NCBI GenBank assembly: GCA_963823665.1
Contig: CAWGMQ010000004.1
Coordinates: forward strand, 1 to 64,000
From: an uncultured Planctomycetota bacterium
GTDB lineage: Bacteria > Planctomycetota > Planctomycetia > Isosphaerales > Isosphaeraceae
Length of the DNA stretch: 64,000 bases
Direction of reading: 5' to 3'
In this document: positions 30,851 through 40,651 of the stretch, piece by piece
Layout: each line of letters opens with the position of its first letter
Position numbering within the stretch: the first letter of the stretch is position 1
Position numbers and translations under genes: made by a program
Notes under the pieces: generated by a model
The model's input: only the letters and a program-made list of their open reading frames with translations
The model's database searches: none
What the model was told of the DNA's origin: nothing

Positions 30851-33800
30851 ATGAACCACGTACGATCGAACCTGAGCTCCATCCCCATGCTCGTGCCCCG
30901 GCGCCGTCGCCGGACCGCACTGAGGGCGAACCCCACGCTGGAGGGTCTGGAACAGCGGGCCCTCTTGACGACCTTCAACATCAAATCGGATGACACGGCG
31001 ACCCTGATCAATACGATCGCGTACTTGAACCAAACCGGGGGAACCAACACGATCAACCTGAATCACAACAACGTTGCACAGAGTGCTTATGTGTTTCTTA
31101 ATACCTACAACGACACCGAGAGCGCCTCGGATGCCCTCCCGCCCATCGGTTCCACGGGGGGTGGCGTTTTGACGATCAACGGCAACGGCACAATCCTGGA
31201 TGCCCAGTCGTCCATCTGGTTCCGGCTGCTCGAGATCGACTCAGGCGCCAACGTCCAGATTAATGACCTGACGATCGAGGGCGGCGGGGTCGACAGTGCC
31301 TACAACAGGGACGCCGTGGGCGGTGGCATCTTTGTCGCCGGCGGAGACGTCACGCTGACGGATGTGACGGTCACCGCAAACTTTGCCGAAGACGACAACC
31401 CCTCCCTCAGCGATCATTTCGCCAGCGGCGCCGGCATCTTCGTCAATGACGGGGGCGCGGTCAGCCTGATTGATTGCACCGTGTCCCACAACACCGCCCA
31501 GGGATTCAACGCGGGAAGTACGGGCGAAGCCGGCGGTATCGCGGGGGGCGGCGGCCTTGGCGACGTCGGCAGCACGGTCACAATCTCGGATGGGACAACC
31601 TTCTTGGCGAACGCCGCCACCGGCGGCGCCGGCAGCAACGGCACCGCCGGCACCGTGGGCACAGCCGGCAAGTTTACTGCTCCGAACGGCGGCAACGGGG
31701 GTCCCGGCCAAGCTGCGACCGCGGGAGGCCTTGCCGAGGGTGGCGGCCTCTATGCCACCGACGGTCAGGGCACAGCCGTCGTCACCATTAATAACGCCAC
31801 GTTCTCGGGCAATTTAGCCATCGGCGGCACCGGCGGCACCGGCGGCGCGGGGGGAACTGGCGGCCAAGGGTATGGAAACTTCTTCGCGACCAATTCCGGC
31901 GGTAACGGCGGCAATGGCGCGGCGGGGGCCGTTGGCGGCGGCGCCAGCGGTGGTGGGCTCTTTGTGCAGACCGCGTCCGCCGTGATCGCCGGCTCAACGT
32001 TCTCGAGCAACTCGAGTCTCGGTGGCGCCGGCGGCGGCGGCGGCTTGGGTATGTACGTGTCAATCAGCGGCCACAGGGTTGCTGGACATAGTGGCCACGG
32101 CGGCAACGGCGGCAATGGCGGCAACGGCGCCCTGGGCGGCGCGGGCGGGGCCGGCGGGATCTATAACTCACTGGGCACGATCACCCCGACGAATTCCACA
32201 CTCGCCTTTAACACGGCATCCGCTGGCGAGGGCGGCGCTGCGGGCGCGGCTGGGCCCTATGGATGGGGCGGCGGAACCGGCGGCGGCCACAGCGCCGCCA
32301 GCAAAATTGGCCTATCCGGCGCCGGCGGCGTAGGCGCCAGCGGCGGCTCGGCCAGCGGCGGCGGGATGTACACTGTCACCGGTGGGACGACCCTCGTGAA
32401 CGACACCGTCGCCGACAATTCCGTCTCCGCCGGATCGGGCCAGGGTGCGGGCGGTCTCGGCTCGGCGACCGGCGGCGGGCTTTCGATCAGCGGCAGCTCC
32501 ACCGTCACGATCGCCAATTTGCTGATCGCGAAGAACATCCAGACCGGCGGCGATATCGACGGCACGGTCACCTCCCTTGGACATAACCTGGTGGGCGTGG
32601 TCGACTCGAACACGATCGGGTTGGTCAGCTCCGACTTGACCGGCAACGTCTACTCTCCCGAGAACCCCGGCTTGAGCACGACACTGGCCGACAACGGGGG
32701 CCCGACCCAGACCTTGGCCCTGCTTGTCGGCAGCCCCGCGATCGACGCGGGCAGCAACGCCCTCGCCGTAGGTCCCGGAGGCGCGAGCCTCCTCTTCGAC
32801 CAACGCGGGGCCGGCTACTCGCGCATCGTGGGGGGGACGGTGGATATCGGCGCCTATCAGGCTGACCCGGCCATGCAGATCGCCTCCGGCTCGGGACAGA
32901 TCGTAGCAACGAACACCAACTTCGCGAGCGCTTTATCGGTGGAAGTGACCCTGGGCGGGGAACCGGATCCCAATGTGTCGGTTACCTTCACAGCCCCGCA
33001 AATCGGCATCGGCGGCACCTTCGCCACAGGCGGGATGTTCATAGTTAAAGTGCTCACCAACTCGAGCGGTATTGCCGACGCGGGTTACTTCACAGCCAAC
33101 AACAGCGTTGGCAGCTATACGGTCACGGCCTCGATCGCCGGCGGCGCATCGGAAAGCTTCAATCTCACAAACGGGAATGCGACCACCGTCAGTAGTGTGT
33201 CCGGCTCGGGCGTGCAGAATGGGAGCGCCACGCTGACCGCCCTTCTGGAGCAGAGCAGCAATCATGCGAACCTCGCGGGCGAGACGATCGCGTTCGAGCT
33301 CAACGGCAACGCGGTCGGCGCGGCCACGACGAATCAGAGCGGCGTGGCCACCCTGAAAGTCACTCTCGGGTCGCTCGCGGCCGGCACCGATGACGTGACG
33401 GCCACCTTCGCGGGCACCGGGTTCGACGCGGGCTCAACGGCGGCCGGCACCCTCACGGTCGCGGCCTACGGGAGTCCGTCAAAGATTAATGCCAGCCAGG
33501 GCACTCCCCAGTCCGCAGTCGTCGGAACCACCTTCGCCACCCCGCTCGAGGCGACCGTTCTGGACGCCCTTGGCAATCTCGTCCCGAATGTAACCGTCAC
33601 CTTCACCGCCCCGGCAAACGCGGCCAGCGGCACCTTCGGCAGCAGCAAGACTTCGACGTACACGGCGACCACCAACTCGAGAGGCATTGCCGAAGCGGCC
33701 TCCTTTACAGCCAACGGCACCACGGGCAGCGACACGGTCAAGGCCTCGATCCCCGGCAACGTGTCGACCAGCTTCAACCTGACGAATACGTACGAGACCA

Positions 33801-34922
33801 GCATCACGGATGTGTCCGGCTCGGGCGTGCACGATGGGAGTGCAACTCTGACCGCCGAGCTGGAGCGTACCAGTACGGGTGCGAACCTCTCAGGGCAGAC
33901 GATCACGTTCGCTTTGGACGGCAAGTCGGTCGGCTCGTCCCTGACGAACAGCGCCGGCGTGGCGACCTTCAGTGCCGGGCTCGGGTCGCTCGTGGCCGGC
34001 ACCTACACGAGCGACGTGACGGCCACCTTCGCGGGCGCGGGGCCGAGTGGCGGCTCCACGGCGACCGGCACTCTGACGGTCCTGCTCTACGGCCCACCGG
34101 CTCAGATCTCCGTCAAAGCGGGAGCGCCTCAGTCCGCCGTCATCGGGACCGCCTTTGCCACCGCGATGGAGGTGGAGTCTCACGGACGCCGAGGGCAACG
34201 CGGTGCCCGGTGTGACCGTCACCTTCTCTGCCCCGACCTCGGGCGCCAGCGGCACCTTCGCGAGCGGTTTAACTACGATCAAGGAGAGCACCAGCAGGTA
34301 CGGTTTCGCCAGCGCGAGCAGCTTCCTTGCCAACGGCACGATCGGCACCTATTCGGTCACGGCCTCGATTGCGAGTAGTTCGAGTAATCTGTCCGTCAGT
34401 CTGAAGCTGACGAACTCCGCCCTTCCGACCACGCTTTCCGCCGTTTCCGGCGCGGGCACCCAGGGAGGGACCGCCAATCTGACCGCGACTTTGGAGCAGA
34501 GCAGCAACAAGACGAAGCTCGCGGGTGAGACGATCGTGTTCGCTCTGAACGGCGAGTCAGTCGGCGTGGCCGTGACGAACAGCCAGGGTGTGGCAACCCT
34601 GACTGTTGGGATCGGGATATTGCCGGCGGGCACCTACGCAGATGACGTCACCGCGAGCTTCTCGGGCGCAGGGCTCTACGCCGCATCGGTGGCCAGCGGC
34701 ACACTGATGGTCCAGGGGACGAGTCCATTCTTTCAGGTCGCGAGCGTGGCGCGGGTCGTGAACCCACCCGCACCCGGCTCGGTCACGACGCTCTCGGCCG
34801 TCGACCAGGTGCTCGAGTCGGAATCGATCTTGGGCTTTTCGGGCCCCGCCACGCTCACGCGACCGAGCGTCAAGCTCGGTCAATCGCCCGTCAATTCCAA
34901 GGTCATTCGCATAAATTATTGA
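30851..34922 (+). CDS. Large secreted adhesin-like protein: LEPR-XLL, Gly-rich beta-helix, choice-of-anchor Q, three tandem Ig-like (Big) units; frameshift near 34177
   Basis: RRRRRTALRANPTLEGLEQRALLT; GGxG repeats; LADNGGPTQTLALLVGSPAIDAG..DQRG..R...VDIGAY; repeated TVTFTAP...TNSxGVA units. Confidence 0.88.
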
Positions 34923-34933
34923 TCTTCGATCGG

Positions 34934-35141
34934 AAAAAGGTGTCAGGAACCAAAAACAACCGTTTTCTCGCATGGCGCACGCCCAGCCTGCCAAGCTCCC
35001 GGCGCTTCCACGGTTGAAGTTGGTCTCGTACCTGACACAGATGTCCTTGCTCAAAGGCGGTTGTCACCCCCGGGTGTGCTCGAAGCCAACAGAATCCGAG
35101 ATAGCCGGAACCAGGGCCGCGGAAGGGCTTGGAATCGCGTC
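34934..35141. repeat. ~205 bp dispersed repeat, copy 2
   Basis: Homologous to 10855-11062. Confidence 0.9.
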
Positions 35142-35366
35142 GATCCCACACAGGGACACGAGCAGAAGGGACGTCGGCCGGTCCTGATCGTCTCTCCAGA
35201 CGCGTTTAACCGCATGACGAAAGTGCCGGTTGTTCTAGCCATCACCAGCGCTGGAAACTTCGCACGGACGGCGGGATTTGCAGTGCCGCTCCAAGGTGCC
35301 GGGACCAAAACCACGGGCATTATCCGCTGCGACCTGCCCCACGCGCTCGATCTCGGTGCGCGCGGC
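35141..35366 (+). pseudogene. pemK: Internal fragment of pemK
   Basis: DPTQGHEQKGRRPVLIVSPDAFNR...IRCDLPHALDLGARG is nearly identical to 11400-11622. It lacks operator, antitoxin, start codon and C-terminus. Confidence 0.9.
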
Positions 35367-35802
35367 ATGGTACAACTCGACGACGCGCGGAGCGAATCCT
35401 CCAGGAGCGACCAAACACGCGTTTTCAGGAGCCCGGCGGCCAAACAGCGGACGATGGATTCTCGATGTGCGTCGAGGCCGGCCCATTCCTCTTCGGCATG
35501 CCGGAGGAATATGCGCGAGGCAAAGCCGCGGAATTCCCAAACGAGGGCGGTCCTGTTATCCTGGCAGTTGAAGTACCGCAGCACATTATCGCGAGGGCGA
35601 TTAACATCCAGCTCGCAGCGAATCCGGTTGATGCGAATCCAGCAGGAGAATCAGGCGGACGTCCTGCACCTTTCACACCAACCCGGCCCTGACTCCGTCC
35701 CGCGATTCCGGAAAGCCGCCGCGCTGACTAAAGTGCCCAAGAAGCCCGCGGGCGAGGCGTAGAACCTCTCTCCGCCATTTTGATTCCGAAGCGCGCCAAA
35801 GA

Positions 35803-38759
35803 ATGACCGTCCAGGCCAGGCAGAGCGAAGATCGTGCAGCGTGGGATTCTTTTTTCAGTGTGTGGGGCCGTGACGATAGCCGCGGCCTGGTTCGCAGTCC
35901 ATTGTGTAGAGCGATGGTGGCTGCGCAGCGAGCTGGGCCGCGCCAGCGTGAATTCGCTGCGGAAAACACACCTGCCGCCAAGGCACGCCTCGCGCGCCTG
36001 GTGAAGCGATGGCCGGCTCAGAGCGACGTGCTTTACTGGCTGGCCGCCTGCGAAAGGGCCGAGGGCCACACCGAGCAAGCGCTCGAGATCTGGGGCCGCA
36101 TTCCCGACGACGCGCCGGAAGCGATGATCGCCGCCCTTTCGCGGGGACGGCTCGCCGCCGAGACCGGCCATTATGCGATCGCCGAGCCAAGCCTCGAGCG
36201 CGCAAGTCACGCCTCCGGCGACATTGGACGAGAAGCACGATCGCTGCTAGGCCGCCTGCACCGGATGATTGGACGGCACGACCTGTATCGCGAACAGCTT
36301 CGCCGCGATGCCCAACGAGAGCGTGATCCCTCGGCCACGCTGCGCGCCCTCTGGGAGGTGGAGCACAACGCAATTCCGATCGCCCAAACGACCGAAGCAC
36401 TTGCGCAGGCCCGCCGCGCCGCGCCCAACGACGATCGCGTATGGCTGGCCCTGGCAAACCTGGCAACACGCTCGGACCGCATCTCTGCGGCCGGCGACCT
36501 GCTCGATCGTTGCGAGCAAACGCGGCCGGCGGACGTCTCGGTCTGGCTGGCGCGACTCGATTGGGCGCAGGCCGCCGGCCGACGGGACGAAGTTCTCCGC
36601 GCCGCATCTCACCTGAGCGAGACCGTTCTGAGCCGCAGCGAAGCGCTCGCGCTTCGCGCGTGGGTGGCCGCGCGTGAAGGAGCCCCGCACGACGAAGAAT
36701 CGGCCCTCCTCGAGCTCGTCGCGCTCGAGCCGTCACACCCGGTGGCGCTTGAGCGGCTGGCGGACCTCGCTGCCGCGCAGGGCAAACGGGAGCGCGTCGC
36801 CGAGCTGAGACGGCAGAAAACGGCTTCCGATGCCGCCCGTGATCGTTACCAGGTTCTCGTGAACCTCCCGGATGCGCCGTCGCACGCAGCCGAGCTGGCT
36901 CGGCTCGCCACTCAAATCGATCGACCGTTCGAAGCCAGGATGTGGTGGTCGCTCGCCTCCAGACTCGACCCGGCAGCCCAGGCCGAGGCGACTGCGGCAC
37001 TGGCTCGTCTGGCGAAACTCGAGGCAGACGCTCTGCCCGCAAGAGCCGTCGGCTCACTTACCCTTGCGGAACTGCTCGGGCACGCTCGTCGTGCCGGCGC
37101 AAAGCAGCCGCAATTGGCCGGTACTCGTTCGATTCCCCACTTCACGGATGAGGCCCAGCGATGGGGTGTCGTCTTCACGTTCGACAACGGCCAGAGCGAC
37201 CACCGCCATCTTCCCGAGACCATGAGCGGCGGAGTCGCCTTGCTCGACTTCGATGGGGACGGATGGCTTGATATTTATGCTGTGCAAGGCGGTCCATTTC
37301 CTCCTCCCTCGGATCGACCGGCACCCTTCGGTGACCGGCTCTTTCGCAACCGAGGAGGCCGCCGATTCGAGGATGCCACGGCTTCTTCGGGCTTGCGCGG
37401 CCTCCCGGGCGGATATGGTCACGCCGCGGCCGTCGGCGACTACGACAATGACGGCCGGCCCGACGTCCTTGTCACTCGCTGGAGATCGTACGCGCTGTAC
37501 CACAACATCGGCAATGGCCGGTTCGAAGACGCCACGGCCAGATCGGGCCTCGGAAATGCGACTGACTGGCCCATCTCAGCGGCATGGGCCGACCTCGACA
37601 ATGACGGAGACCTCGATCTTTACGTCTGCCATTACTTGAAATACGACCCGGAGACGGCGCCGATCTGCCGCTACCGCGACAATCCGGCAGTCGTGCCGTG
37701 CGATCCGCGGAGCTTCGCCGCACTGCCTGACCACGTGTTCCGCAACGACGGCAACCGGTTCGTCGACGTGACGGAGCAGGCGGGTATCATCGACCGGAAC
37801 GGCCGAGGAATGGGCGTCGTCGCCGCTGATCTCGACTCCGACGGCAAGGTCGATCTGTTCGTCGCGAACGACACCACGGCGAATTATTTCTTTCGCAACC
37901 TGGGCGGCTTTCGATTTGTAGAGCAAGCGCAGGAAGCCGGGTTGGCGTCAAATTCCGCGGGCGGGTACCTTGCGGGGATGGGCGTGGCCTGCGGCGATCT
38001 TGACGGCGACGGCCGCCTCGACCTGGCCGTGACCAACTTCCTTGGTGAATCCACGACGCTTTACCACAACCACGGAGACGGCCTGTTCACTGACCGAACG
38101 ACCGCGGCCGGACTGGCCGCACCGACTCGCTTCGTCCTGGGTTTCGGGCTGGCCATGCTCGACTCGAACAACGACGGACACCTTGATCTGGCGCAAGCAA
38201 ATGGCCATATAGGCGACTATCGCCCTGCACTTCCCTACGCGATGCCCGCTCAGCTTTTTCTTGGCGACGGTACCGGAAAACTCGTTGAAGTCTCCGGTCG
38301 CGCGGGGGCGCCGTGGGCGGTCGAGCGCCTTCGCGCGGGTTGGCAACGGGCGACCTCGACAACGACGGCCGTGTCGACATCGTGCTCGTATCGCAGAACG
38401 CTCCGCTCGCCGTTCTTCACAACCAGCCTGGTGCCGAGGATCTCGATCGGGCTCGACGTGAAGCTCACTTCGTGGTGATCCAGCTCGAGGGCAAGGCGTC
38501 AAACCGTGATGCGATTGGTGCAAAGGTTCGTCTCACCGCCGCGGGGCTGACGCAGTTCGCGGAGCGATCGGGCGGTGGCAGCTACGCCTCGTCGAGCGAT
38601 AAGCGTCTGCATTTCGGGCTCGGAACGAACCAGGTTGTCGACCGCATCGAGGTCATCTGGCCTACGGGCCAGCGTGATCGGTTCGAGCGCCTCGCGGCCG
38701 ACACCGGATACCGTCTGCTCGAGGGCAGCTCGACCGCGATTCCTTTGCTGGGATTCTGA
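35803..38759 (+). CDS. TPR + FG-GAP + ASPIC/UnbV (CRTAC1-family) protein; frameshift near 38330
   Basis: ETMSGGVALLDFDGDGWLD, GDYDNDG, DLDNDGDLD repeats; C-terminal SNRDAIGAKV...GGGSYASSSD.RLHFGLG...IEVIWPTG. Start uncertain. Confidence 0.9.
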
Positions 38760-38824
38760 TCTCTCCCGCCCGCGAGCCCGCCACGGCCATAGCGCGAACT
38801 GCGTGCATGGATCCTCTGGCGTGG

Positions 38825-39613
38825 TCAGCCGACCCGAGTCCGCCGCCGGCGAAGACGCGCGGCGCCGAAGACGGTAAGCGTTCCCACGAGCGCAAGCACC
38901 AGCGTCGACGGCTCGGGTACCGAGCTCACGATGATCCCATCCACGCCCATCGAGAAGTTAGCCGGGGATGGGATCAAATTGTTGGTGACTGGCTCGAAAT
39001 ATGTCACGCCTACGTTGGGGTCCGTGCTCGTAAAGAACGACATGTCGCTCGTCCCCGGCTGCACATTAATCGAGTTTGTCCCGTCGGTGTTCGTGATATA
39101 CGACGAGCCGTCGGCACTATCGATCGGGATCACGCTGAGCCAGTAAGTCGTGCCAGCAGCACCTCCGGAGAGCGTGATGCCCGTCAGGCCCGATACGGCA
39201 ATAGTGTACTCCTGCAGGCCGAATCCATTCCGGCCCGTCGCCGACTGGCTCGCGGAATCGGTTCCCGAGTAAAGCAGGTTGCCACCAACGCCTGACATGA
39301 CTCCCGAGCGAATCTCCCAGTAGGCGGTCGTCACGCTCGTTGTCATCACGTTGTTCGAAAAGACGCTCGAAATTGACCACGTCTGTCCTGCTGGGACAAT
39401 GAAGTCGGCGTAGACGGCGGAATACGTGCTCGGCGAACCGACTGTGAGTTCATTCACTAGCGCATTCGGCGGAATATTCATGTTGTTCACATTGAAATCA
39501 CCGTTGTACCACAGCGTCGAGTCAGCCCTCGCCCCGCCAGCGCTCACCCAGAGCCCAATGGCCGCCATGGCCAGGCCCAGCCACAGCGGGCGGGTCATCG
39601 CAATCGTTCTCAT
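38825..39613 (-). CDS. PEP-CTERM sorting-domain secreted protein
   Basis: Signal peptide ending ARA; C-terminal VPEPSTLVLALVG..RLRRRR. Confidence 0.92.
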   Translation of the reverse strand: MRTIAMTRPLWLGLAMAAIGLWVSAGGARADSTLWYNGDFNVNNMNIPPNALVNELTVGSPSTYSAVYADFIVPAGQTWSISSVFSNNVMTTSVTTAYWEIRSGVMSGVGGNLLYSGTDSASQSATGRNGFGLQEYTIAVSGLTGITLSGGAAGTTYWLSVIPIDSADGSSYITNTDGTNSINVQPGTSDMSFFTSTDPNVGVTYFEPVTNNLIPSPANFSMGVDGIIVSSVPEPSTLVLALVGTLTVFGAARLRRRRTRVG

Positions 39614-39818
39614 CGTATGTTTACCTTGGGTATGCCGAACGTTCGGAACACAAACGGAACGATCCTAAACGAACGACATGCACACGTCGAGCCTGTGTGG
39701 TCCGAATTCAACATCCACAAGGCCTCATCGCGCAAGGCCAGGCAGCGCCGGTCATTTTGAACGAGCGTTGATCACCGGCGGCGTCCACTTGACGCTTCAG
39801 AACCGTCCGTCCCCCCGC

Positions 39819-40425
39819 TCAGCCGGCTGACCCGGCCCCACTCCTCTCCCGCCTCCCCCAGAACCAGAAGGTTGCCGCCCCGCCCACCAGGCCCGCCAGG
39901 AGCGCGAAAAGGGAGTGGCCGATGCGCAGAAACTGGTCGAGGTTCGCGGCTCCGGGAAGGGCGGCGCGCCAGCGGTTGACAGGCTCCATCGTGGCGAGCA
40001 GGTCTGCGCCGGGAGTGGAATAATAGACACTTTTGGACACCGTTCCACTGTTGGCCGTTCCATCGATCATTACGACTCGGTACAGGATGGAGCTCTGGTC
40101 GACCCGGGACACCTCGAAGGTCGCAATCGAGGAGCTGACAACCCTCGCGTGTACGTATTCCAATAAGTGCGTCGTGCTGAGTCGGGAGCGCAAGGGGCTG
40201 AGGCAGACGGACAGGTACGCGCAGCCAAGCACCGCGAAACCCAACCACCATACGCGCTCCCGACCCCGGAGCAGAATCGCCCACAGTCCGGCGACGCAAA
40301 GAAGCCCAACGGCGAGCATCATCATCACCCTGGCCCACAACTCATTGGCGTTCCTCAGAGCGGCTAAATAAACGGCGGCACCCTGCGATTAAGGCCATCA
40401 GGATGCGGATCGAAAAGTGGCGCAT
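39819..40425 (-). CDS. Hypothetical membrane protein (frameshift near 40380)
   Basis: AGGAGG SD; MRHFSIRILMA...AALRNANELWA..WWLGFAVLG..F.RIGHSLFALLAGLVGG. Confidence 0.7.
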
Positions 40426-40651
40426 AGTGCCTCCTGACGGGTGCTCGATACTTCCGACCGAGGCCGTGCTGAAACGGGGCGTTTTGTGGAATGTACGCTC
40501 TCTAGCCCATGCGTTACACCCTGGATTTGACGTCAGTCATCGCTTGGAGTTTCAGATTCCGCTGTTTCCTCCCGATTCTTGAACGCGCCAAACAGTCCCG
40601 GACACTATCCTGAAGAGAGCATCCCGCGGTCGCACCGAGGAGCATCATCGA

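Noticed and set aside
31600..32480. GGCGGC-rich tract as PE-PGRS or a DNA microsatellite
   Set aside because: It is the in-frame Gly-rich region of the adhesin; no PE domain.
35367..35700. Intact gene after the pemK fragment (GFSMCVEAGPFLFG..EEYARGKA)
   Set aside because: Appears to be a fragment with no clear start or end; the family could not be identified.
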